A DNA stretch of 64,000 nucleotides from Chiloscyllium plagiosum (lineage: Eukaryota): the NCBI RefSeq assembly GCF_004010195.1, contig NC_057750.1:13146448-13210447 (forward strand), in the 5' to 3' direction. Position 1 is the first letter of the stretch, and each line of letters opens with the position of its first letter. The position numbers and the translations under genes are program-made. Under the pieces are notes generated by a model. It searched no databases. It was given only the letters and a program-made list of their open reading frames with translations, and was not told the DNA's origin. This document shows positions 38,491 through 51,239 of the stretch, piece by piece.

Positions 38491-39322
38491 TGGTGTCACA
38501 TAGTCTGTAAAAAACTGTGTTCCATTGCCTGATCAGCTGCTTAGATCACGTCAGTGCTGAGGATACTGAGGCCAATTTCAGAGGCCTTCATCATGACCAG
38601 TTAAACACGGCACTGACAGAGCAATCAGTGGACAGGTCCTGGCTGGGGAGAACCGGGTGGGAGTGGGGGAGGTGCAGTTGGTGAGAGTCTTCAGCTCTGT
38701 ATGAATAAATAAGTGCTTGCTGGGGCGGCCAAAACTGTGAGAAAGAATAAGAGGAGGAAATGTTGCATAATCTGAGTCTTAATGTCACGGAGTCAGGAGC
38801 TCCCACAGGACTGCAGGTGCTGNNNNNNNNNNNNNNNNNNNNNNNNNNNNNNNNNNNNNNNNNNNNNNNNNNNNNNNNNNNNNNNNNNNNNNNNNNNNNN
38901 NNNNNNNNNNNNNNNNNNNNNNNNNNNNNNNNNNNNNNNNNNNNNNNNNNNNNNNNNNNNNNNNNNNNNNNNNNNNNNNNNNNNNNNNNNNNNNNNNNNN
39001 NNNNNNNNNNNNNNNNNNNNNNNNNNNNNNNNNNNNNNNNNNNNNNNNNNNNNNNNNNNNNNNNNNNNNNNNNNNNNNNNNNNNNNNNNNNNNNNNNNNN
39101 NNNNNNNNNNNNNNNNNNNNNNNNNNNNNNNNNNNNNNNNNNNNNNNNNNNNNNNNNNNNNNNNNNNNNNNNNNNNNNNNNNNNNNNNNNNNNNNNNNNN
39201 NNNNNNNNNNNNNNNNNNNNNNNNNNNNNNNNNNNNNNNNNNNNNNNNNNNNNNNNNNNNNNNNNNNNNNNNNNNNNNNNNNNNNNNNNNNNNNNNNNNN
39301 NNNNNNNNNNNNNNNNNNNNNN

Positions 39323-40875
39323 AGGACAAAAGGGTAACTAGGGAGAGAATAGGGCCCCTCAAAGATCAGCAAGGCAACCTTTGTGTGGAGCCACAGAAAA
39401 TGGGGGAGATACTAAATGAATATTTTGCATAGATGGTGACATCTTGCAAAATGTACATATTACAGAGGAGGAAGTGCTGGAAGTCTTGAAACGGTTAAAG
39501 ATGGATAAATCCCCAGGACCTGATCAGGTGTACCCGAGAACTCTGTGGGAAGGTAGAGAAGTGATTGCTGGGCCTCTTGCTGAGATATTTGTATCATCGA
39601 TAGTCACAGGTGAGGTGCTGGAACACTGGAGGTTGGCAAACATGGTGCCATTGTTTAAGAAGGGTGGTAAAGAGAAGCCAGGGAACTATAGACCAGTGAG
39701 CCTGACCTCGGTGGTGGGCAAGTTGTTGGAGGGAATCCTGAGGGACAGGATGTACATGTATTTGAAAAGGCAAGGACTGATTAGGGATAGTCAACATGGC
39801 TTTGTGCGTGGGAAATCATGTCTCACAAACTTGATTCAGTTTTTGGAAGAAGTAACAAAGAGGATTGATGAGGGCAGAGCGGTAGATGTGATCTATATGG
39901 ACTTCAGTAAAGCGTTCAACAAGGTCCCCCATGGGAGGCTGATTAGCAAGGTTAGATCTCATGGAATACAGGGAGAACTAGCCATTTGGATACAGAACTG
40001 GCTCAAAGGTAGAAGACAGAGGTGTGGTGGAGGGTTGTTTTTCAGACTGGAGGCCTGTGACCAGTGGAGTGCCACAAGGATCGGTGCTGGGCCCTCCACT
40101 TTTTGTCATTTCCATAAATGATTTGGATGCGAGCATAAGAGGTACAGTTAGTAAGTTTGCAGATGACACCGAAATTGGAGGTGTAGTGGACAGCGAAGAG
40201 GGTTACCTCAGATTACAACAGGATCTGGACCTGATGGGCCAATGGGCTGAGAAGTGGCGGATGGAGTTTAATTCAGATAAATGCCAGGTGTCGCATTTTG
40301 GGAAAGCAAATTTTAGCAGGACTTATACACTTAATGGTAAGGTCCTAGGGAGTGTTGCTGAACAAAGAGACCTTGGAGTGCAGGTTCATAGCTCCTTGAA
40401 AGTGGAGTCATAGGTAGATAGGATAGTGAAGAAGGCATTTGGTATGCTTTCCTTTATTGGTCAGAGTATTGAGTACAGGAGTTGGGGGTCATGTTCCAAG
40501 ATGGATAGGCCACTGTTGGAATATTGCGTGCAATTCTGGTCTCCTTCCTATCGCAACGATGTTGTGAAACTTGAAAGGGTTCAGAAAAGATTTACAAGTA
40601 TGTTGCCAGGGTTGGAGGATCTGAGCTACAGGGAGAGGCTGAACAGGCTGGGGCTGTTTTCCCTGGAGCGTTGGAGGCTGAGGGGTGACATTATAGAGCT
40701 TTACAAAATTATGAGAGGCATGGATAGGATAAATCAGCAAAGTCTTTTCCCTGGGGTCGGGGAGTCCAGAACTAGAGGGCATAGGTTTAGGGTGAGAGGG
40801 GAAAGAGGCAGGTGGGACTAGATCGGGTTGGACCGAAGGGTGTATTTCCATGCTGTCCATCTTTATGACTCTATA
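39323..40875 (+). mobile_element. CR1/HER1 LINE ORF2 RT region (frameshifted)
   Basis: [49 protein letters not shown] and KFADD motifs. Confidence 0.95.
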
Positions 40876-41904
40876 ACCTGCTTAACCTTTGGTGATCAAT
40901 CAATCCCTCGCTACCAGGGATCATTCCTCCCTCAACCTTGTAGATCTTTGGCCAGTTCAAACCAGACTGAAACATTTTGGCTGAACTCATGAAGGGGAGG
41001 GAAGGTAGGAAGCAGTGGGTCATGTGCAACGGTGAAGCTGAGGCTACAAGAGTAAAGGACATGAGATGAGAATGACCTGGGTATCATTGTCAGAGAGCGG
41101 AGCTCTCAGAGGGTCATTGCGAGTGCTAACAAGGTCATTGCGAGTGCTAACATGGCTGAAGTCCAAACGTGAGGCTGGATTAGGCCGGGAAGCTGTGATG
41201 GCATGTCAGGGGTAAAATAACATCACCGCAGAACATCCAACAGTCATACCCGATATTTTCCTCCCAATTTGAATCGCTTTTGCATCTCGCTGTCATATTT
41301 TTCTGTCTGTTGGTCCCACGCCCCCTTTGTAGGTACAACCTGGCAATAAAAAGGAGGAATGATTTCGCCGCTACCTTAATTCCTTGCACTTCCATCATGC
41401 TTCAGTGCTTTATATAACATGGAGCAACTGGGCGATATTGTCACGGAGCTGCACCTCACTGGGCATAAATAGCACAGTGTGGACGGAGTTGGAATGCTAG
41501 ACTGAGAGAATATACTGATTTAAATTCATGAGAAAACATAGTTACTATCTAATGTAACCATATGTCAGTGCCAGGTGTATCTATGATTGCTGTGCATAGC
41601 TGTCTTTAGGATTAATACCTCATAAATAGTGTCACTTTGAAGTTTAAGCCTAATGACAGGCCTTAACTTTACAATCCCTTCTGTAGGAGTCTGTAAAGGA
41701 CTCAGTTGTATAGTGTAGTGTTGAGCCACACAATACAGGACAGTGAGTAATGCTATCCCTTTTGAGGGAAAACATTGAGGGATCAGGTCAGACTCCTGGC
41801 CTTGAGGTAACACAATCAAGGGTGACACTCCCAGTAACAGTGAGAGGGTGTTCCACTGGCCAGTGGTACAGTCTCTATGATAAAACTTTAGGCCTTGGCT
41901 ATAG

Positions 41905-42385
41905 AGTTATCATAGAATCCCTACAGTGGGGAAGCAGGCCATTCAGCCTATTTAGTCCACACCTAAAGGGCACCCCATCTAGACCCACCTCATCCCTGTA
42001 ACCCCTCATTCCCCGTGGCTAACCCACCCAACCTGCACATCCCCGGACAGTATGGAGTGTGGTGCTGGAAAAGGGGCTGACTGTGGTGCCTCATCACTCC
42101 TGATGAAGGGCTCCAGCCCGAAACGTCGACTCTCCTGCTCCTCGGAAGCTGCCTGACCGGCTGCGCTTATCCAGCACCACACACCGATCTCATCTCCAGC
42201 GTCTGCAGGCCTCGCTTTCTCCTGCTGGACAATATGGGGCAATTCCCCATGGCCAATCCACCCTAACCCATGCATCTTTGAGATGTGGGAGGAAATCGGA
42301 GCACCCGGAGGAAACCCACCGCAGACACGGGGAGAATGTGCAAACTCCACACAGAGAGTCGCCCGAGGCGGGGCTCGAACCTGGG
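41905..42385 (-). mobile_element. HE1 SINE interrupted by a family-A PLE element (about 42055-42222)
   Basis: SINE halves flank the hammerhead-bearing insert. Confidence 0.8.
42100..42129 (+). ncRNA. Minimal hammerhead-ribozyme motif (PLE type)
   Basis: CTGATGA-A-GGGCT-CC-AGCCC-GAAA-CGTC-GA: both conserved boxes, a paired stem II and a GUC cleavage triplet. Confidence 0.65.
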
Positions 42386-43895
42386 ACCAAAAGGCCTTTG
42401 ACAAGGTGCCGCACATGAGGCTGCTGCATAAGACAAGGATGCATGGTGCTAAGGGTAGATTATTAGCGTGGGTAGAGGATTGGCTGACTGACAGGAAGCA
42501 AAGAGTGGGGATAAATGAGTGCTTTTCTGGGTGGCAATCAGCGACCCCTTGTGGGATCGGTGTTGGGACCACAATTATTCACAATTTATGGAGATGGTTT
42601 GGAATTAGGGACCATGTGCTACTGTGTCAAAATTTGCCGATGACACTAAGAGGAGTGGCAGAGCAAAGTGTGCAGAGGACTGTGAAACTTTGCAGGGGCG
42701 GGGGGGAATTAGATTCTTTGAGGGAGTGGGCAAAGGTCTGGCAGAGGGAATCCAATGTTAGTAAAAGTGAAGTCATCCATTTTGGCAAGAGTAACAGTAA
42801 AAAGGATTATTACTTGAATGGTAATAAGTTGCAGCACGCTGCTGTGCAGAGGGACCTGGATGTCCTTGTGCATGAATCACAGAGGGTTGGTCTGCAGGTA
42901 TAACAAGTAATTAGGAAGGCAAATGGAATTTTGTCCTTGATCGCTAAAGGAATTGAGTTTAAAAGCAGGGAGGTTATATTGCAGCTGTACAGGCTGTGAT
43001 GAGGCCATACCTGGATTACTGTGTGCAGTTTTTGGTCTCCTTACTTGAGGAAGGATGTACTGGCACTGAGGGTGGTGCAGAAGAGGTTCACCAGGTTGAT
43101 TCCAGGATTGAAGGCGTTGGCTAATGAGGAGAGGCTGAGTAGATTGCAATTATAGTCATTAGAATTCAGGAGAATGAGGGGGGGGGGGTGGATCTTATAG
43201 AAATATATAAAATTATGAAGGGAATTGATAAAATAGAAGTAGTTAGGATGTTTCTACCAGGAGAAAGTGAGGTCTGCAGATGCTGGAGATCAGAGCTTAA
43301 AAATGTGTTGCTGGAAAAGCGCAGCAGGTCAGGCAGCATCCAAGGAGCAGGAGAATCGACGTTTCGGGCATAAGCCCTTCTTCAGGAATGAGGAGGGTGT
43401 GCCAACCAACGCCCCTCCCCTAAGTCCCTCCTCCCTACCTTTTATCTTAGCCTGCTTGGCACACCCTCCTCATTCCTGAAGAAGGGCTTATGCCCGAAAC
43501 GTCGATTCTCCTGCTCCTTGGATGCTGCCTGACCTGCTGCGCTTTTCCAGCAACACATTTTTAAGTAAAGGATGTTTCCACTGGCAGGTGAAACTGGGAC
43601 AAAAAGGGCATTGGCTCAAAATTAGGGGGGGAGCAGGTTTCGGATTGAATTGAGAAGGAGCTCTTTCACCCCAGAGGGCTGTAAATCTGTGGAATTCTCT
43701 GCCCTGTGACGCTAGTTCAGTAAACGTTTTTATAGCTAAGATAGATTTATTTTTGAACAATAAAGGAATGAAAGGATACGATGAGAGTGCGGATAAGTGG
43801 AGCCGAGTCCATGAAAAGGCCAGCCATGATTGGTATTGAATGGCAGAGCAGGCTGGAAAGCTTGGGTGGCCTACTCCTGCTCCTAGTTCTTATGT
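42385..43895 (+). mobile_element. CR1 LINE RT fragment interrupted by a PLE inverted pair (43261-43565)
   Basis: KAFDKVPHMRLL, WVEDWLTDRKQRVGIN and DLIEIYKIMKG motifs. Confidence 0.9.
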
Positions 43896-45056
43896 CCCTG
43901 GCGCTGTGAGGCAGCAGTGCCAGCCACTGAGCCACTGTGCTCCCCATCTGATAGGCGTCTTGGGACCACTTCAAAGGGGAGCGGGGGTGTTTAATGGAGT
44001 GTCTTAAAGGCACATCGCTAAGTGCTTACTTGAATGATCATCTTGTAGTTGGTGGAATCTTGCACAATTGTTGGTTGGCAGAGTGTGGTAAGAATGGGAG
44101 ATTTGCCTCCCTTAAAGGGCATTAATGAACCAGGTGGGGGTTTTGCGACAGTGACTAAATCCACAACTAATCCACAGTTCAAGTTTCGCTCTTCAAACCC
44201 AGAGCATTAGCTTGGAGCACAGGAATGCAGTCCCAGTGACTTCACCGCAGCATCAAAATACACTGGAAATTCCTCCCAATGCAGCACATGGCTGAATCTA
44301 CAAAGTGTGGGCCCTCTGCTATATATTCTTACTCTAAGTATGAAAATTATTGTCTCAAATCATTCAACGATGATTCACGAATATCAAAAATCGACAATTG
44401 GGGAGCGATGAATTTTTCATGTGGCTTATACAGATATCATAAAAATGCATTCAGTGGGACTGAAAATACAGAGCAGGTCTCAGAGAGGATAAATATTTTA
44501 AAACCTTACCATAAAAGAAAAGATTTGCACTTAAGCACCAGAAAACGGGTGCAAATGTAGTCTGTAATTTGAACAGAGTTTCTGAGTGGGCGGACAGGCC
44601 GAGGGAATGTGGGGTTTACTGGGCAGCGTTAGGATGAATTAAACCGGTCGGTGTTGTGAATCTGAAATAAAAACAGCTAGTGCTGGAGGAACTTAGCAGG
44701 TCCTGTGGGGGGGGGGGGGGGAGAGAGAGAGAGAGAGAGGGAGGGAGAGAGAACCTTGCTTAAGAGGAAGTTCATCCAGTCACGAGGCACTGAATTTGTT
44801 CAACATTTGACTTGAGAAACCGTTTGACTTGGATACGATTTGTATGTGCCAGTGATTTTTTTTCCACTTGTCTACCACCAGTGTTGTTTAGACCACAGTA
44901 TGCTTTATTTGAAAAATTCTACAGACTAAGTTGAGTTTGGAGTACAGAATGTGGAGACACACTGAAGATACATTTACACACCAGGCCCTTTTATTATTGG
45001 ACATGAGACACAACAGAAAATGGGAGAAGCCAACAGAAAGCAGAGTTATCACTGAC

Positions 45057-45256
45057 CTATTCCTATACTGGAATTGCCCTGAGTTTTATGTTGAGAAAGC
45101 TGCAAGCCTTGAGGTGTGTTGCTCCTGCTGTCATCCATGCCTAAAGCAGAATCCTTACGAGGAACTTTAGGTGCTGCATCATCACTAATTCCAGACTGTT
45201 TCTGTCTTCGCCGCTTTTTGCTCCATAATTCATGGCAATCTTGCCAGTGTGGTAGG
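45057..45256 (-). CDS. CDK13: Internal coding exon of cyclin-dependent kinase 13 (C-terminal kinase extension and polybasic cluster)
   Basis: 200-nt exon with acceptor tctctttgcag and donor AG|gtcagt. Encodes [55 protein letters not shown] and KKRRRQ are CDK12/13 hallmarks, and the distal part resembles CDK13 (from memory: [20 protein letters not shown]) rather than CDK12. Confidence 0.9.
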
Positions 45257-45479
45257 CTGCAAAGAGACAACATTCTTACAGTTAGCACAATAAACACTGG
45301 CAGTTACATATGTCCTTCATCAGCCTTGTTCAAATTTCTGTAATCTGAGATTGCTTCAGGCACTTAGCCCCACTACAAACCTCTTGCTTATAATGGAGAT
45401 ACAAAATAACTCTTTCCAAAAAAATGCTTACTATATCTATAAAGCATATTTTGTTTCGTAGAGGAGGCAACAGGAACAG

Positions 45480-46200
45480 GTTTAAGTGATCAAAGGTGGG
45501 AAGGTGATAGTGATAGGTCAGAGGGAGGGTGGAGTGGATAGGTGGACAGGTAGGACAGTTCAAGAGGGTGGTGCTGAATGGAGGGTTGAATCTGGGATGA
45601 GGTGGAGGGAGGGGAGGGGAGGAAACTGGTGAAGTCGACGTTGATGCCGTGTGGTTGAAGGGTCCCAACGTGGAAGATGAGGCATTCTTCCTCCAGGCGT
45701 CAGGTGGCTTGGATTTGGCGGTGGAGGAGGCCCAGGACTTGCATGTCTTTGGTGGAGTGGGAGGGGGAGTTAAAGTGTTCGGCCACGGGGCGGTAGGGTT
45801 GGTTGGTGCGTGTGTCCCGGAGATGTTCCCTGAAACGTTCCGCAAGTTGGCGTCCTGTCTCCCCAATGTAGAAGAGACCACATCGAGAGCAACAGACACA
45901 GTGGATGAGGTGTTGGGAGGTGCAGGAAAATCTCTGCCGGATGTGGAAGGATCCTTTGGGACCTTGGATGGAGGTGAGGGGGGAGGTGTGGGCACAGGTT
46001 TTACACCTCTGGCGATGGCAAGGGAAGATGCCAAGAGTGGAGGGTGGGTTGGTGGGGGGGGGAGGGGCTTGGACCTAATGAGGGAGTCGTGGAGGGAGTG
46101 GTCTCTGTGGAATGCTGATGGGGGTGGGGAGGGAAATATATCTCTGATAGTGGGGTCTGAAATGGTGGAAATGGTGGAGGATGACGCGCTCACTTTCTCC
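45480..46200 (-). mobile_element. Penelope-like element 3' part (GIY-YIG endonuclease)
   Basis: Minus-strand CSRCGLFYIGETGRQLAERFREHL...PVAEHFN...GTLQPHGINVDF. Confidence 0.9.
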
Positions 46201-46944
46201 TAACTGTAATCCATGCCAATGAGACACGGCCAAGTTCAACAAAGTGGCCCTTATGGCGGAGGTCCCCTGGCCCAGCATTGCCCACGTAAGATCACTTGGC
46301 ATCACTAAGAAAGATATCTCCATCTATGGAGGAAGCGTGACATGGGATGAATCAGAGCCACCGATTGGACTGGGAAAAAGGTGAAGTGCTTTATACCTGT
46401 AGCTTGCTACAACAGTAACCCAGACCCGAGGTGCTGGGTTCAAACCCCACCATGGCACTCGCCCATGGCGGAATTTCAACTCAAAATGAGGAATGAAAGG
46501 TCGATATCAAGATTTAAACAATGCAACATCGAGGTCACTAATGTCATCCTTCCCCAGTATGGTCCACGTCTGATTTCAGACCCACAGAACTCTGAAATGG
46601 CCGACAAAGAGAGCCTCACGCAAACGTTTCATGGCAGAGAGTTAAGACCACAAAAGCCAGAGCAGTAGGCCATTTGGCCCCTCAAGCCTGCTTCACCATT
46701 CACTAGCCCGATCCGACATTCCACTTTCCTACCCTTTCCCTTTATTCCCAGACTGAGAGAGAATCTCAGCCTTAAATATACACACAGACCATTCCCCCAC
46801 AGCTCTCAGTGGGAAGGAGTTCCAAAACACTCTAGACCCTCTGAGGGAAGAAATTCCTCCTCATCTCAGTCTTCAACCGGTGCCCCTTCATTCTGAGACT
46901 GTAACCTCTGCTCTGTGACTCTCTCATTAGGAGAAACATTATTT

Positions 46945-47280
46945 CATTCATTGACGAGATGAGGGCGTCACTGGCTGGGCCCGGCATTTATTGCCCGTCC
47001 CTAATTGCCCAGGGGGCAGTTAAGAGTCAACCACATTAGTCTGGGTCTGGAGTCACGTGTAGGCCAAGACCAGGTAAGGGTGGCAGATTCCCTCCCTCAA
47101 TGACATGAGTGAACCAGATGGGTTTTTCCAACAATGGACTTATGGTCATCATTAGACGCTTAATTGTTGATATTTATTGAATTCAAATTCCATCATCTGC
47201 CATGTTGGGATTGGAACCCAGGTCCCCCAAAATATTGCCTGGGTCTCTGGATTAAAACATTTCAGCGATAATACCATAAG
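46945..47280 (-). mobile_element. Deu-domain SINE, well preserved
   Basis: Reverse complement of GTGACTCCAGACCC...ATGTGGTTGACTCTTAACTGCCC...GGGCAATAAATGC. Confidence 0.7.
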
Positions 47281-47864
47281 ATCATAAGAGCTAGGAGCAG
47301 GAGTAGGCCATTGGGCCCCTCGAGCCTGGCCCTCCCCCATTCATTAAGTTCACGGCTGACCTTTACCGTGGACTCACCTCCACTTACCCGCACTCTCACC
47401 CTAACCTTTAATTAATTTATTGTTCAAAAAAATCTGTCTCGCTTTAAACATGTTCACTGAAGTAGCGCCATCTGCTTCCCTGGGCAGGGAATTCCATAGA
47501 TTCACCACCCTCTGGGTGAAGACGTTCCTTCACCCTCAGTTCAGTCCTAAATCTGCTCTCCCTAATCTTGAGGCTGTGCCCTCTTGTCCCAGTTTCACCT
47601 GCCAGTGGAAACATCCTCTCTACTTCTGTCATATCTACTCCCTCACCGCGACACCCATCGCCTCCCCTCCTCTCAACATTGACCCTGCCAAGCCCCTTTC
47701 GAATGCTCTTTCTGCCAAAGGTGAATGACACGAGCTGGGCGATTCGTTTGGCTTTCGGGTGATGGCCTTGCAGCATGGCAATAGACAAAATCCTGGGGAA
47801 AGTACATTTACGAGTGAGACCCTTCCTAGCCTGGAATTGCAAGGGGCTGGTGGGAGAGATATGG

Positions 47865-48155
47865 TTCCCTACAGTGTGGAAACAGGCCCTTCAGCCCAAC
47901 AAGTCCACACCAACCCTCCGAAGAGTAACCCATCCAGACCTATAATTCCCCCTGACTAATGCACCTAACACTATGGGGCAATTGAGCATAGCCAATGCAC
48001 CTGACCTGCACATCTTTGGACTGTGGGAGGAAACCCACACAGACACAGGGCGAATGTGCAAATGCCACACATCCAGACAGTCACCCAAGGCAGGAATCGA
48101 ACCCAGGACCCTGGCGCCGTGAGGCTGCAGTGCTAACCACTGAGCCACCGTGTTC
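47865..48155 (-). mobile_element. HE1-type V-SINE
   Basis: Head and V-domain on the minus strand. Confidence 0.88.
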
Positions 48156-48446
48156 CCTTTAGAGCCGAGTGTCCAGCATGGATCCTGAGGAATGATGGAG
48201 AACGTGAGGATTGCAGATGCTGGATATTAGAGTAGAGAGTGTGGCGCTGGAAAAGCGCAGCAGGTCAGGCAGCATCCGAGGAGCAGGAGAGTCGACGTTT
48301 CAGGCAAAACCTCTTCATCAGGAATGTCAGGACCAGATACCTTCATTCCTGATGAAGGGCTTATGCCTGAAACGTCAAGAGATATGTTGAGCAGGAGATG
48401 GGGGCTCATGGAAGTTTTACCCCAAAATATCAAAAGAGGGAGGGAC

Positions 48447-48877
48447 GGGCAGGCACAGTGACTCAATGGTTCGATTCCAGCCTCGGGCGACTGTCTGTGT
48501 GGAGTTTGCACATTCTCCCCGTGTCTGTGTGGGTTTCCTCCGGGTGCTCCGGTTTCCTCCCACAGTCCAAAGGTGTGCAGGTTAGGGTGAACTGGCCGTG
48601 GGAAATTGCCCCGTGGTGCTGAGGGATGTGCGGGCTAGGTGGGTTAGCCACTGGAAATTGCCCCATAGTGCCCAGGGATTTGCAGGTTAGGGTGGATAGG
48701 CCATGGGAAATTGCCCCATAGTGCCCAGGGATTTGCAGGTTAGGGTGGTTAGGCCATGGTTAAACATGGGTTTATGGGGATAAGGTGGAGGGGGCTGGGT
48801 CTGGGTGGGATGCTCTCAGGAGGGTTGGTGCAGACTCGATGGGCTGAATGGCCTCTTTCTGCACTTTAGAGATTCTA
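48447..48877 (+). mobile_element. HE1-type V-SINE with an internal tandem triplication
   Basis: GGAAATTGCCCC..GTG..AGGGAT segment present three times at 48600-48760. Confidence 0.85.
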
Positions 48878-50446
48878 ACTCACTTTCCATTGGTTACATT
48901 AACCCTGGACAGAATGTGGCTGTGTTGCTGTGTCTGTGTTGGAAAGGGATCTGTTGTTGGGTTGTTCACTGTAAACACTAAACTCCAAAGAGCTGTTGCC
49001 ATGGTTACCTTGATAGGCGAGGTGTTGGCCCAGACCTCTGTAAGAGTTTCCTCACAGCTGTTAGGCGCCAAAGCTTCTGACCTCACTTGACAGCGAGTGC
49101 TTTGGAGGGCGTGTGCCGGACGGAGACAGAGTTAATCTTCCTCTTTGTAACGCTTCAGCGTGGGTCATGTCTCAGAGAGAGTCATCTCTACCCAACACAT
49201 CCCCAGCAAAAAACCCACCTCGCTGCGGATCGGTCGGAGAATTCATCATTACCCTCACCTCAGATAGTTCAACTAACCCCAGCCTCGATGTCCAAACTCT
49301 CCTGGTAGTTGCTATGTCGGGACAGTGGTCCCCAGAGGTTGGGAAAGGCAAGGCTTTGCTGTTGTAAACGTTGCCAACCCAGCCATCTGAGAGGTCCCTG
49401 TAATGACTGGGCAGTCAAAGAGACCGGATTTTGTCATCTGAGCTGGGAAGACCCCAGATTAGCTTCCTCCAGTCCTCAGTGAGTCGGATCAGCTACGTGG
49501 AGGCCCCGGTTGGATTCACTGTTTCAAACTTTGGACTCTTGCACTCAGAAAGTGTCGATGTACTAACTGCATGTCTAAGGTTCGAGTCATGCAGCTCGGA
49601 AACCGACCCTTCGGTCCACCCTGTCTAATCCTAACCCTGTATTGCCAGAAGGCTCCTGGTTCTGCCATCTCCTCTGCGTGGGTTGGGCTATTCACCTGCG
49701 GAAGTACTCACAACCCAACCCTGCCAGATGTGCTTTCCAGGCAGAGTGACCCAGCAATAAGAATGTGTTGGAGGTGGTATCGAACATGTAACACAGAAGC
49801 AGGCCACTTGGCAGTGCTGGTGTTTTCAAGCCCCATTCCATCTTTTTTTTGGATAAGTCGATCAACTCGACCCTTCTGCATCCCCCTACTTGACCAGGTG
49901 GTAAGATCACTCTCGTCCAGGGGACCATCAGGACCATTATAGACTCCTAACCCAGTCAGTATGTTGGCTGTTTCAGCTGCAGCTTGAGTTGATCTATCCA
50001 ACTCCCGGTGTAAGGATTGCAGGAGATACAGTGAGCACGTCCATCAGAACAACCCAGCTAGGAGACCACTCAGCCCCTCAAAGCTGCTCCATCCTTCAAC
50101 GCAACCAGAGTTCGGCTCCTGTTGGTCTCAACTCCACCTCCCTGCCCACTCTCCATAAGCCTTCAACACGTTACTAATGAAATATCTCTGTCCTGTTTAA
50201 AGGTATTCAGTGCCCCAGCATCCACTGCACTGCGGGGGGGGGGGGGGGGTGAAACCCACAGATTCTTCATCGTCTGTGTGAAATCATTCCTCCTCATCTC
50301 TGTTTTAAATCTGCTCCATCCTTGTCCCAAAGCTATGACTTCTTGTAGATTGAGTCACATGAGGAAATGCCCTCTCTATGCCTATTTTGTCCGTCCCCTC
50401 AAACATCTTAATGTCCATCAATTAGATGCTTTTCTTTTTTTTTAAG

Positions 50447-50779
50447 ATTAGATCAGATTACAGTGTGGAAACAGGCCCTTCGGCCCAACAAGTCCACACC
50501 GACCCGCCGAAGCGCAACCCACCCATACCCCTACCCCTACCCCTACCCCTACCCCTACCCCTACATTTACCTAACACTAGGGGCGATTTAGCATGGCCAA
50601 TTCACCTGACCTGCACATCTTTTGGACTGTTCGAGGAAACCGGAGCACCTGGAGGAAACCCACGCAGACACGGGGAGAACGTGCAAACTCCACACAGTCA
50701 GTCGCCTGAGGCGGGAATTGAACCCGGGTCTCTGGCGCTGTGAGGCTGCAGTGTTAACCACTGGGCCACCGTGCTGCCC
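50447..50779 (-). mobile_element. HE1-type V-SINE with a (CCCTAC)n expansion
   Basis: Head and V-domain, with a hexamer run at about 50527-50563. Confidence 0.88.
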
Positions 50780-51239
50780 ATGTTCTTGCTCTTCTAAACC
50801 CCAGAGGGTATTGTCCGAAACAGCTCAATCTCTCTTCATAAGACAAACCCCTCACCTCTGGAATGGATCTAATGAACCTCCTCTGAACTACCTTTCATAT
50901 AACTACATCCCTCCTCAAGGAAGCGAAACTGTACGCGGTATTCCAGGTGCTGACTCAGTAATGAGGCAACACTTTCCTACTTTCATTCTCTCTTCCTTTA
51001 GCAATAGATGCCAACATTCCATTTGGGAATGGTGTGCATGTCCCTTTAAGAGGGCTAAGTGGTGTTACCTGGGAGACATCATCCTATCTTCTTGTATATC
51101 AGGGCTGCCCCTACCTTGAAACATGGCTGCCACTGTACGTTGTCATGCACTGGGGGAACTAAGTAGTCATTCAGGCTGACAGAACCCAGAAGGTTTTGAT
51201 GTTACTGCTGAGGTTGTAATGTTTTTACTTGTCTTGTGA

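Noticed and set aside
39444..40821. Active LINE ORF2
   Set aside because: Frameshifts, stops and internal deletions.
45330..46193. 287-aa ORF as a host gene
   Set aside because: Largely an off-frame reading of a Penelope endonuclease fragment.
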